This document shows, one piece after another, positions 48,201-57,004 of a stretch of DNA of 64,000 nt (positions are counted from its first letter, which is position 1; every line of letters begins with the position of its first letter). Origin of the DNA: Terrimicrobiaceae bacterium (lineage in GTDB: Bacteria; Verrucomicrobiota; Verrucomicrobiia; Chthoniobacterales; Terrimicrobiaceae). The DNA lies in NCBI GenBank assembly GCA_041752695.1, contig JBGSVZ010000031.1:96001-160000 (forward strand). Direction: 5' to 3'. The notes beneath the pieces are model-generated. The model worked only from the letters and a program-made list of their open reading frames with translations, was not told the DNA's origin and searched no databases. Both the position numbers and the translations under genes were made by a program.

Positions 48201-49099
48201 TGAACTATGGTCAAGGAATGGGGAGGGTTCGAGACGTTGAGTGTGCCGGTAGGGGAATGGCCTGATTTGAGGGCACAGCGAACTGCGTCTCCGATGAATT
48301 TCTGAACCGTTTCTTTCATAGGTCGTGCTCCGAGCGTCTTGTGGATGCCACGGCGGACGAGAAATTCAAAGGCATGCTCCGATACGGACAGATCGAATTC
48401 GTGTTTCCGTAAGCGGGCGACCTCAACGGAAATGGCGTGACTGCCGATTTCGCGTTGAACTTCAGGGGAAAGCGGTTTGAAAACTATTTTTTCGTCAAAA
48501 CGGCCGATGAGTTCCGGTCGAAAGGTTCGATGGACTTCTGCATAAACTGCCCTTTCCAAAGTGGCAAACGGTAGCCGGGTAGGGCGGAGGAGTTGCTGCG
48601 AGCCGATGTTGCTCGTGCAGATGATATAGAAATTCGAGAGATCGTAGGTCTGGTGGTCGTTCAGTGTGATTCTGGCGGCATCGAGAATTTGAAGAAATAG
48701 ATCCCAGATCAGGCGATGTGCCTTTTCAATTTCATCAAACAGCAGAATCCCGCCGGTGCCACAGGTGAGAACTTTTCCCAAACGGCCGGGAAGTCCCGAT
48801 TCGTCTCCGAGGAAAAGTTTTACGCTGTCAAGGTGCTGAAACTCCGACATGTCGAAACGAAAGACAGAGTCCGGGCCGAAAAGGTAGCGGGAAGCCTCCA
48901 GCGTCAACTCGGTTTTGCCGACTCCCGTGGGGCCGAGAAATAGGAACGATCCGAGAGGTTTGTCCGTGGGCTGCAAACCCAACTGGCCACGCTCCAGAAC
49001 AGAACAGATTCGGCCGATAGCGTGATCTTGGCCTTTGATTTTTCTGCGTAGATGCGGTTCGAGGCCGTTGAGGTTTTCGATGTCTGTCTTGGATTTCAT
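48188..49099 (-). CDS. Stand-alone ClpB/ClpA NBD2-like AAA+ ATPase
   Basis: GQDHAI, FLFLGPTGVGKTE, FDMSEF, LFDEIEKAH, TSNIG, FRPELIGRFD, GARP; ATGA overlap with the T4CP gene. Confidence 0.9.
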   Translation of the reverse strand: MKSKTDIENLNGLEPHLRRKIKGQDHAIGRICSVLERGQLGLQPTDKPLGSFLFLGPTGVGKTELTLEASRYLFGPDSVFRFDMSEFQHLDSVKLFLGDESGLPGRLGKVLTCGTGGILLFDEIEKAHRLIWDLFLQILDAARITLNDHQTYDLSNFYIICTSNIGSQQLLRPTRLPFATLERAVYAEVHRTFRPELIGRFDEKIVFKPLSPEVQREIGSHAISVEVARLRKHEFDLSVSEHAFEFLVRRGIHKTLGARPMKETVQKFIGDAVRCALKSGHSPTGTLNVSNPPHSLTIVHQSL

Positions 49100-50619
49100 G
49101 GTTTTGCTGTGGGTTGTCTGCGGAGCCATTGGAGTACGGCGAAATCGGGTCGAATGGCAGTGAACCAAGACGGGTAGGCTCCGTCCGGGGTGATTGGCGC
49201 GATCAGGCGTCTGCGGAACGGCTTTTCGCAATGGCGGATGATCGCGGTAAATTTTGGCAGCTTCCGCAGTTGGAACGGCTCGAAGAACGGTTTGATCTTT
49301 CGTTGATAATTGTACGACTGCTTTCCCCCCGAGTGCCCCCAGGATTTTTCGACTACTTCCCGTTCGCCGATGTTTTTTGAAGCGATGTTTGCGGAATCGT
49401 GGTTCGCGACGGTGAAAATCAATTCGTTGCTCAGATTGAGCATTAGGACATCGGCGTAGCGCTTTTCGAGCGCGCCGAGCAGGGAGGTGTAGGCCTGGGT
49501 GGCGAGGACAATGGTCGCGCGGGCCTCGCGGATGACGCCAGCGGCGCGGTGGTCGGCGAAGGCGGATTCGGCGCCGGTGATGATTTCCTGCCCTTCATCC
49601 GCGAAAAGGACGATGAGATTGTCGCGCTGGCGCTCTTCCGCCGATTTGTCGAATCGACTCAAGGCGTGGAAATAGTATGACAATTTCAGGATCGTATTGA
49701 TGTAGAGGCGTTCGCTTTGAAATTTCTGCGGCATGGCGAGGCAGACGATTTTTCCCCGGTCGATGGCCGCAATGGAAAATGTGGGTTCGTTGGCGCAGAA
49801 AACTTCCGAAATTTCCGGGTTGAGGAAAAAGTCGAGATAGGTGGTCAGGGTGCCCTGGACCCCGCCGAGTTGCTCCGGCGGCTGGTCGAGGTAACTGCGA
49901 AAAGCGCCTGCGAGTTCGTGCGAACGCTGATCGCCTTGATTCATCAGGGCTTGGAGTGTCGCGGTTGAGTCTTCAGGGTTGAGAAGCAGGCGGTGGACAT
50001 TCGGAATTGTCACGTAGGCTTCCAGGTGCCGGAGGATCTCGAAGGCGGTTTGGATGGCGAGCTGGGCCTTGGTGGGAAAGAACGGATTGTTGCCGCGTCC
50101 GCCCGTCAACGAAATGGCAGTGTCCACGATGACCTTTGCATAGGTGGAGGCAGGAACGCCGGGATTGCCTGTGATATTGATCGTGTGCGGCGGCCGCCAG
50201 AGCATGTTTTTTCCTGGAGGCCGGGTTTGGAGGAGAACGAGGTCGGACTGGCGGTCGAAATGGGCCGCCATTTGGGTGAGAATTTCCCAATAGAGGCCCT
50301 TCTGGTCGAGGCAGATGCCGCCCCAGTTTTTCACATTTTGGAAAATCTGGAACGTGATTGCGTTGATGGCGGATTGGGTTTTTCCCGAGCCAGTGCGCCC
50401 TGTGATGAGCCAGCCGCGAACAAAATCCTCCATGGTCCAGGAAACACCTCCAAGTCGAAGGACAATTTTTCCCGAGTTGTCCGAGGATACCATTGCCCAC
50501 GCTGCGAAGCAGAGGCACAGACCGATGACGGTATAAGAAAGCGGCGGACCAAGCAGGAGATACCCTACGAATGATCCGAGGATGCAGAAAAAATAGAGAA
50601 GCAAATCAGCAATTTTCAT
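49096..50619 (-). CDS. VirD4/TraD-like type IV coupling protein
   Basis: Two N-terminal TM segments, Walker A GRTGSGKT, LDQKG, Walker B LFADEGQE, LATQ, ASKNIG. Confidence 0.85.
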   Translation of the reverse strand: MKIADLLLYFFCILGSFVGYLLLGPPLSYTVIGLCLCFAAWAMVSSDNSGKIVLRLGGVSWTMEDFVRGWLITGRTGSGKTQSAINAITFQIFQNVKNWGGICLDQKGLYWEILTQMAAHFDRQSDLVLLQTRPPGKNMLWRPPHTINITGNPGVPASTYAKVIVDTAISLTGGRGNNPFFPTKAQLAIQTAFEILRHLEAYVTIPNVHRLLLNPEDSTATLQALMNQGDQRSHELAGAFRSYLDQPPEQLGGVQGTLTTYLDFFLNPEISEVFCANEPTFSIAAIDRGKIVCLAMPQKFQSERLYINTILKLSYYFHALSRFDKSAEERQRDNLIVLFADEGQEIITGAESAFADHRAAGVIREARATIVLATQAYTSLLGALEKRYADVLMLNLSNELIFTVANHDSANIASKNIGEREVVEKSWGHSGGKQSYNYQRKIKPFFEPFQLRKLPKFTAIIRHCEKPFRRRLIAPITPDGAYPSWFTAIRPDFAVLQWLRRQPTAKP

Positions 50620-50857
50620 CGACGGGTTTCGGATTGAGTTTCGAGAGGAGGAAGTCGAACAGGCGACGGTCCGGGTCGGGAATACTCTGCGTGTAGGACT
50701 TGAAGTTGACCGTTGTGATGGCGGATCCATCCGCGAAGGCTTCGTGGGAACAGCCGTCCACGTTTGCCGGCCGGAAGACAAAATTCTGGCAGACGGCGAA
50801 CTCAGAGTTGCTGGCCCGAGTGGTGTTGGGTGTACGCGTGGGCGTTTCGATTGGCAT
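50606..50857 (-). CDS. Small hypothetical protein (83 aa)
   Basis: Fills the gap between the relaxase and T4CP genes and overlaps both. Confidence 0.45.
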   Translation of the reverse strand: MPIETPTRTPNTTRASNSEFAVCQNFVFRPANVDGCSHEAFADGSAITTVNFKSYTQSIPDPDRRLFDFLLSKLNPKPVDENC

Positions 50858-51932
50858 AGGAAGTAAATCCGTGGGTTTTGGAGTAGCGGGTGTGAGCGGA
50901 GCGGTACTCGCGCTTGATCTTGAAAAGGAGATTTTGCATTTCGCGGAGCGAGCGGCGGTCGATCGTCGCGCCGAGTTTTTCCGCCGTTCGGGTGAGCGGT
51001 GTTTTTTTTCGTCCGAGCAAACGCGTGACAAAATTTGCGTTTCTCTGCGCTGCGAGAACTTGCCTCCGGCCCGCGATGGAAGTTTCGAGATTGCGAATGC
51101 TTTGGTACAAATGCTGCAGGCGGATGGCTTCGGCGGTCTGAGTATTCCGCAGGGCTTCCCTATGAGCGGCCGTGAGTCGGGGGGCGAACGTGATTTTTTC
51201 GGAATCGAGTCGCCGGGACATCAGTTCGTACAATTTCTCGGGGGAGTCGAGAATTTGGTCCCACCGCCTGTTCTCCTGCTCAAAACATTTCATCAAATAC
51301 GCCATCTGGTTTTTGTTCCCGGAGGTTTCAGAGCGCGACATACTGCATCCCACATACGCGCCTTTCGCGGAGCGGGGACACAGCGCGACATGAACGTGGA
51401 GATTGTCGGTGTCGTGATGAATGCCGTAGGCGTAACCGACGGCGTCATCGGGATGAAAACGCTCGGCAAATTGGCGCATGATTTTTTTCATGGTCGTCTG
51501 CAAGACCCGGTCGGGATTGATGCCGGCGTTGACGAGCTTGTCGTGAAAAGGTTTCGACATGCTGAAAACAAGACGATGTTGAATGACTGGATTCTCGGAC
51601 GACGTGGGAAACTTGTGAACGTGGTGGAACCACGCCGCCGAAATTCGCCGTTTACGCTCCGAATTGCTCAGCTGGGATGGTGAGGAACGCGTCCCGTCCG
51701 GGTTGACGAGGATCAATTGATGGAAAAATCCACCGGCGTGAACCTGCCCGAATGTTTCTTTCGAGGCGTAGTCCGCAAATTGTTTGAGTTTTTTGCCGAT
51801 GCCGGAGGATTCTTGCTCCTCGCCGTAGTGGCGGCGGGCGGAATGTTTCCGGTCGGAATTCTCGTCGAGGTATTCAAGGTCGAGGCGCGAGCGCCACGTC
51901 TTCTTGAACGGAAAAATGATTCCGTTTGTCAC
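50802..51932 (-). CDS. HUH/3H relaxase (MobP-like)
   Basis: N-terminal LEYLD Tyr, HRLVFS, GIHHDTDNLHVHV; basic coiled C-terminus. Confidence 0.85.
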   Translation of the reverse strand: MTNGIIFPFKKTWRSRLDLEYLDENSDRKHSARRHYGEEQESSGIGKKLKQFADYASKETFGQVHAGGFFHQLILVNPDGTRSSPSQLSNSERKRRISAAWFHHVHKFPTSSENPVIQHRLVFSMSKPFHDKLVNAGINPDRVLQTTMKKIMRQFAERFHPDDAVGYAYGIHHDTDNLHVHVALCPRSAKGAYVGCSMSRSETSGNKNQMAYLMKCFEQENRRWDQILDSPEKLYELMSRRLDSEKITFAPRLTAAHREALRNTQTAEAIRLQHLYQSIRNLETSIAGRRQVLAAQRNANFVTRLLGRKKTPLTRTAEKLGATIDRRSLREMQNLLFKIKREYRSAHTRYSKTHGFTSYANRNAHAYTQHHSGQQL

Positions 51933-52159
51933 GCGAGGCCGTCCAAGGTTTCGGTGATATTGTCGAGTTTGCGCTCGATCCTCTCGATGGTGCGAGGGTG
52001 GACAATGTCCTTCGTGGTCGCGTTATAGACAAGTGCTTCGAAGGTTTCGGTTTTTGTTTTGAAACCAAGAGCGTCGTGGATTGCGGCAAAGCGCAATTTC
52101 GCTTCGATGGCGATGTCCAAGTCAATTCGGGCCGATCCGGGTTTTGATTTGCGTGGCAT
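51929..52159 (-). CDS. Small DNA-binding relaxosome accessory protein (MobC/RHH-like)
   Basis: 76 aa, ARIDLDI strand + helices; GTGA overlap with the relaxase start. Confidence 0.6.
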   Translation of the reverse strand: MPRKSKPGSARIDLDIAIEAKLRFAAIHDALGFKTKTETFEALVYNATTKDIVHPRTIERIERKLDNITETLDGLA

Positions 52160-52242
52160 ATTATTTAATGAGGTTAACTATTGTTGGTTTTGGTGAAAAA
52201 TGGGGTGATTTCGGAGCGTGCCTGACACGCGGAGAACGAAGA

Positions 52243-52370
52243 TTTTTTGCGCGTCAAAAAAGCTGCGGTGATTTCCCCCGGGGAAATCACTTTCCTGCAT
52301 TACATCTGGAAGGGGAAATTTGCCGGTGGGGTGGATGCCAGGCAAAGTCCAGCGGTGGGTATAGCCAGCC
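52243..52370. other. Candidate oriT region
   Basis: Inverted repeats TTTTTTG-N5-CAAAAAA (52243-52261) and GTGATTTCCCC-C-GGGGAAATCAC (52268-52290) upstream of the mobC-relaxase genes. Confidence 0.45.
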
Positions 52371-53277
52371 TTTGGACCAGGTGTGAGCCCGCCGTTTCGT
52401 TCCGCCCGCAGCCGGGGCTTTGAGGAGAGCGAGGACGGAAGGAATGGGCGGGCAGATATGAGGAAGTCGAAACGGGTGTGCTGATTTGCGGGTTCTGCGA
52501 GGGCGGTTCGGGCGAGAGGTCGAAGCACGAGCCAGACTTCGCGGACGCCGAAAATGAGCGGACATCCTGCCGGGATCGGCATCGGTAAGAGAGAAAGAGC
52601 CGGTCGTTCACAGTTGGAGGCGCCGAATCGTTCCGTCCGCCGCCGGGTGTCGGGGCGGAAGGGCAAGGACGGATCGAATGGGCGCGCGCCGCCAAGCGCG
52701 TCGGAAAGGTGGCGCTGATGAGAAGCCCCGGTGAGGAAGGGCGGGGCAAGAGGTCGCAGCCCGTACCTCCCGGAACCGGGGAAACCCATGAGCGCGCTTC
52801 GTTCCGGGATCGGCAGAAGGAAAACAGCCGGTCGGCGAAAGATGCTGCCGCCGATTTGGCGGGAGGCGTATAGCGAAGCAGAAGCCTCCCGAAAATGGGC
52901 GGCGAGGGTGGTTGTCATCCCTGCAAGTGAGCCGATTTGCGCGCAGCGGCCGGGGTGGGCGGGGAACCCGCTGGCGCCGGCTGCGGAGTGACAAATGGGC
53001 GAAAGGATGGCGCAAATGCGGGGGCTCCAAATCCAAGAGCCTTCGCAATTTCTGCGAAAAGCTGGTCGAAGCCGGGTGCCGGCGCCGAGTTGAGAAGGCA
53101 CGGAAGCGGAGCGGACGGCTCTCTTAATTCGGAGGCGCAGGCGCGAGTGGCCGTGACGGATGAGCTGATTGTCCCCGCACGGCAGGCATCCGGGGCAAGC
53201 CTGCGCCGCCCCCGGTGCCGTCGCCGGAGGACGACAATGAGCGGCGGAAGGACGCGCATGCGTGACGGTCACGGATT

Positions 53278-54576
53278 TCACAACTTAAGGCCGGATTGTT
53301 TGAGCGGGCTCGCTTGAATCGGCACACTGCAAGTCCCGGTGAGTGGTCCCCGAGGGGTCTGGATACCCGTCACGATCTTGGGTGTTATGGGTGCGTTGGG
53401 CGTCTCCGACGGAGGTTTAACTTGCTCGGTTTCTTCCTCGGATTGCCTGGGCTGGGGCACGAGAAAGAAGCCCCGGGGTTGTTCTCCCACCACAAGGCCG
53501 GCCTGCCGCGCGGCCTCAACTTCGGCCCGATTCATGACCGCTTTGAGTTTGTGAAACGGAATCGTCCGGGTGAAATCTGCTCCGCCATTGCCCCAATTGT
53601 CCAATAAGGTCACGGAGACTTTGTTTACCTTCTGAATGAGGGACCATCCTCCGCGTGGGGAAGCCCAGCACTGGCAGGCCCCACCAACTTCGGGGGTGGT
53701 TCTGGTGGCAACAATTCCTCCGTCCTGGGCAAGCATGGTGCGCTCGTAGGCCAGCCGGTTGGCAAAATGGGTCAGCCAACGGTCTGCCCACGCGACGGTT
53801 GCTTCATGGTTCTTGATCGCTCTGGCCGCAATGTCTTCCACGGACGGCCGCGGTTCGCAACTGCCCTGGGTCGCGTCCCAATACGACGCCGGCCAGGATT
53901 TTCCATCTTTCCGCTCACCCGTCGTGATGAAATATCCATGGTCGTGACTGGCAATTCCCGCCGCCCGTTCCATGGTCAGCCGTTCACTGCTCCACGCCTT
54001 GAGGAATCGCTCTGATTCCGCCTTCGTGCGTTGTTTTTTTCGCTGCTCGGCTTCGAGCTTTTTGATGCGCCGGGCGCGGACATCCGGGCCTTCCTTATAG
54101 CGGGCGATCCGGATTGCTGCTTCCGCACGACGCGTCCAATACTCCGACGTGTCCCACATTTTGATCGACTTGCGCATCCCGTCGTCGATGCGTTGAGCGT
54201 CCTTCCGGGCGTGGCGTTCGCTGTGATGTCCGACCAAGATGGGTTGTCCGAAGGGGATGTGCTCGACAATGGCATCCACTCGTTTGCGGGCGGCAGCGGC
54301 ATCCGCAGCGCGGTGGTCGCGGTAGGTTTCGAAGCGGTCGGCCCGTTCTTCCGAACGCTGGACAAGGGATTTGTCCTCGTCGTCAATCCTTCCGCAAAGG
54401 CGGATCAGGAGATCCTCCCGCGAGGGCGTCCACATCGGCGCAACAAACAGGTCTTGTTTGGGAGCCCATTTGAAGCCTGCGGCTTTCAATTCGGAGTAGA
54501 TTTCGGAATCGAGTCGAGTGACGGAATAGAGCCGGAGCTTGTTGTCTTCCGGGGAATAAGTGGCGGTCATGTCCAT
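53278..54576 (-). CDS. DUF3560 domain protein
   Basis: MTATYSPEDNKLRLY...GFKWAPKQ..APMWTP; IPFGQPILVGHHSERHARKD; RRIKKLEAE. Confidence 0.85.
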   Translation of the reverse strand: MDMTATYSPEDNKLRLYSVTRLDSEIYSELKAAGFKWAPKQDLFVAPMWTPSREDLLIRLCGRIDDEDKSLVQRSEERADRFETYRDHRAADAAAARKRVDAIVEHIPFGQPILVGHHSERHARKDAQRIDDGMRKSIKMWDTSEYWTRRAEAAIRIARYKEGPDVRARRIKKLEAEQRKKQRTKAESERFLKAWSSERLTMERAAGIASHDHGYFITTGERKDGKSWPASYWDATQGSCEPRPSVEDIAARAIKNHEATVAWADRWLTHFANRLAYERTMLAQDGGIVATRTTPEVGGACQCWASPRGGWSLIQKVNKVSVTLLDNWGNGGADFTRTIPFHKLKAVMNRAEVEAARQAGLVVGEQPRGFFLVPQPRQSEEETEQVKPPSETPNAPITPKIVTGIQTPRGPLTGTCSVPIQASPLKQSGLKL

Positions 54577-54622
54577 AGGAAAAATCGGAAAAAAAGAATT
54601 TGAGGTGGGGGCTGGCGGAGAT

Positions 54623-55603
54623 TTACACACCCAGACTTTGGGTGGATGGCCTGTTCGTCAGGGAAGGGGAGGGCGTTCGTCTTTGCGCGAACGCTCGGAG
54701 ATCATCATTCCAGTCCTTGCTTTGAGGACATTCTGACCTGAGATCGAACCCGGTCCATTCGGTCGTCTCATCCCACGCGCGTTGCCACCCGCGCTCGCCG
54801 GCAGCGTCGTTGTCGAGCGCGACAACAAATCGCTTCTTTCGCTCGTAGGCATCGAACATCAGGTCGTTTGAGACACTGGATCCGCTGCAGCTCACTACCG
54901 CTGTCGGATCGTTGCGGCTGAGAAAAAGCGAGTGGTAACTCAGGGCGTCGATGGGGGATTCGACCGCGACGATCGTTTCTGCGTTGGCCAAATCGCCGAC
55001 GCAGAACCAGGCATTAAGTTTGTTTCCGAGAGTCGGGCGGAAGGATGAGTCGTGCCGGGTATCCCGCAAAGTAGCGCCCTCGACCTTCCCCTGAAGCGAG
55101 CGGTGCAGAAAGACGATGCCCGGATTGGGATAGTGGGTGTTGGCGTAGATCGCGCCTACCTCGTGCAAGTTATCCACCAGCGGGGCGTCGATTTTGCGGG
55201 TCTCGACGAGGTAGTCGCGGGCCGTGGGCCAGTTCATACTGCTTGGCACAGCATATTTTGCCGCCAGTTCCTCGAACGTGGCCCTTGGCGGTTCGCTTCG
55301 GGTGCGCCTTTCCGGAGGGAACTCCAGCCGCCCGACCAGTGGTCGAAAATCCTGGGCGAGAACAAGGCAAGTCGTCTGAAAATCGCCGCCACAGAGGTGC
55401 ATTTGGAGGTCAATGGCCCCGGCTCCGCCGACCCCGACCTTGTTGTCGAACCACTTCTGCCCGGTGATGACAATATTGTGGCGGTCGGTCTTCGCTCGGA
55501 AACTGAGCCCCTCCCGCCGCAACTTGAATCCATGCCAAGCCAGCAAATCCGCCAAGGAAATCCCGCGGACCTCGTCCACGACCCTCTGCAAAGGCACGTT
55601 CAT
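54623..55603 (-). CDS. Toprim-domain (DUF3991-type) primase-like protein
   Basis: GAGAIDL, YLVETRKI, VESPIDALSY, ALDNDAAG, KDWNDDL; TAATG coupling to the upstream gene. Confidence 0.87.
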   Translation of the reverse strand: MNVPLQRVVDEVRGISLADLLAWHGFKLRREGLSFRAKTDRHNIVITGQKWFDNKVGVGGAGAIDLQMHLCGGDFQTTCLVLAQDFRPLVGRLEFPPERRTRSEPPRATFEELAAKYAVPSSMNWPTARDYLVETRKIDAPLVDNLHEVGAIYANTHYPNPGIVFLHRSLQGKVEGATLRDTRHDSSFRPTLGNKLNAWFCVGDLANAETIVAVESPIDALSYHSLFLSRNDPTAVVSCSGSSVSNDLMFDAYERKKRFVVALDNDAAGERGWQRAWDETTEWTGFDLRSECPQSKDWNDDLRAFAQRRTPSPSLTNRPSTQSLGV

Positions 55604-55917
55604 TACCAGCCGATGCTGTGGCAGAAGTCGGAGACCAGTTCGTCCACCACGGCTTGAGGCATTCCGACCTTCGCGCCGAGTTGCTCCAGCGTGGAGGAAC
55701 CGAGCAAGTCGGCCCGCACGCAATACAGCACAACGGACGCCCGAAGGCCCTTTTGCTCGACGGTTTCTGCCTCGGCGACCCAGCCGAAAGTCCGGCTCAG
55801 GACTTCGCAGACGCGTTCGAGCTGGTCTTCGGGTGCGGGGAGGGGCTCGAGAAAGTCAACCGGATGGCGGCGGTCGGCGTGGCGGATATCGTTTTCGGGA
55901 ACAGGGATTGTTTTCAT
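55603..55917 (-). CDS. Small hypothetical protein, possible C-terminal HTH
   Basis: STLEQLGAKVGMPQAVVDELV; its stop overlaps the Toprim start. Confidence 0.6.
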   Translation of the reverse strand: MKTIPVPENDIRHADRRHPVDFLEPLPAPEDQLERVCEVLSRTFGWVAEAETVEQKGLRASVVLYCVRADLLGSSTLEQLGAKVGMPQAVVDELVSDFCHSIGW

Positions 55918-56005
55918 CCCCGCCACTCTGACAGCGAAAATCAGGCCCCCTGTTCCGGCTTGGGAACAGCTTTCAAAACATCAGCCGCAGTCCATTGGGA
56001 ACCGA

Positions 56006-56221
56006 CTATCGGTGGAGTGCCGGTGGGCCGGGGTATCGCGAGCAACTCGGTTCCAATTCCTGAAACGCCAGGGTGATGTCGTTGGCGTGAGAGGAATGAC
56101 GTTCCTTCTCTCGCACCGCTGTGGCCGTCCAGCCAATTTCCCCATCATGCATGGCCTCGGTCCAGCGAACCTCCCAGTCGGAGGCTTTGAGCTTTTCAAC
56201 GATGGATTCCCAGTATTTCAC
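56006..56221 (-). CDS. Small hypothetical protein (71 aa)
   Basis: First ORF of the minus-strand module; protein-like composition. Confidence 0.5.
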   Translation of the reverse strand: MKYWESIVEKLKASDWEVRWTEAMHDGEIGWTATAVREKERHSSHANDITLAFQELEPSCSRYPGPPALHR

Positions 56222-56335
56222 GACCGTCCCATTGATTGGAATTTCTTGGATTCCTGCAACTCTGAAGGAATGCAGGCTGCGCTGCCGGGAGGGATCAGTC
56301 TTGATTTTTCGATTTAACCGACACGCCTAAAATAT

Positions 56336-56493
56336 ATGGGTGTCAGTGGGTGTCTGGAAAATCAGCTTTTTCCATCATTTGCCATCACCAATGATTTTCA
56401 GCGAAAAACCCCGCAGAGCTTGTGTTTATCATGGGTTTTGCCCTTCTCCGCCACTCGATAAGAGTGGCGGAGTCTACGGGGCGACACCCCGTA
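56336..56493. other. Candidate element junction (att-like)
   Basis: TGGGTGTC direct repeat x2, AAAACCC...GGGTTTT IR, 11-bp hairpin CTCCGCCACTC/GAGTGGCGGAG, and TACGGG-N7-CCCGTA. Confidence 0.5.
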
Positions 56494-56515
56494 TCTGCGC
56501 GTTTACCGCGAACAC

Positions 56516-57004
56516 GTGGCCACGCCGTCCCGTCCCGCAGGGGTCACCTGGATGGTGGCCCGTCGCCGCACGGCTGCGGTGGTGGCGCCCCGCACGCCGG
56601 AGGGAAAATTTCTCCTCATCCGACAGGAGCGCGTGGCGGTGCGTAAGGTGCTGTGGGAGTTTCCCGCCGGGCAGGTGGATGACGACGTGAGCGAGGCCAG
56701 CATTCGGAAGACGGCGCTTCGGGAACTGGGCGAGGAGGCGGGAGTGGATTGCCGGGGCGGGCTCACTGCCCTGGGGTATTTTTACTCTTCGGTGGGATTC
56801 ACCGACGAGTGCTGCCATTTGTTTTTGGCCAGCGACGTGGTGCCCCGGGAGGCTGGGGCCGCGCCAGACGAACAGGAGGCCATTTTGGAAGTGCGGGCGT
56901 TTTCCGCCGAGGAAATCCGCGCCATGGTCGTGGCGTCCGAAATTGTCGATTCGAATACGCTCGCGATGTATGCCAGATTGCAGGCCAACCGACTCCTTCC
57001 ATGA
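56516..57004 (+). CDS. NUDIX hydrolase (ADP-ribose pyrophosphatase-like), 5' end possibly truncated
   Basis: WEFPAGQVD...ALRELGEEAG Nudix box; FYSSVGFTDE. Confidence 0.9.
   Translation: MATPSRPAGVTWMVARRRTAAVVAPRTPEGKFLLIRQERVAVRKVLWEFPAGQVDDDVSEASIRKTALRELGEEAGVDCRGGLTALGYFYSSVGFTDECCHLFLASDVVPREAGAAPDEQEAILEVRAFSAEEIRAMVVASEIVDSNTLAMYARLQANRLLP

Larger units (their letters stand above)
48188..56493 (-). mobile_element. Mobilisation module of an integrative/mobilisable element (relaxase-T4CP-primase); left boundary not identified
   Basis: Co-oriented Toprim, DUF3560, MobC-like, relaxase, VirD4-like and AAA genes; att-like structures at 56.3-56.5 kb, followed by core genes. Confidence 0.8.

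Noticed and set aside
48188..49099. Housekeeping clpB or a clpB pseudogene
   Set aside because: Single intact domain with its own coupled start codon; no NBD1 remnant upstream.
52341..52366. GGCAAAGTCCAGCGGTGGGTATAGCC as the nic site
   Set aside because: Only a loose resemblance to MOB-V nick sequences; cannot be assigned without homologs.
52178..53281. 367-aa ORF as a real gene
   Set aside because: Low-complexity composition, no motifs, and it runs through hairpins and the likely oriT/promoter. Not fully excluded because its GTG overlaps the DUF3560 stop.
56441..56493. tRNA 3'-end-like strings (CTTCTCCGCCA on +; CCCGTAGACTCCGCCA on -)
   Set aside because: No TTCRA T-loop, D-arm or anticodon arm, so no tRNA is called. 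A tRNA-derived att remnant remains possible.
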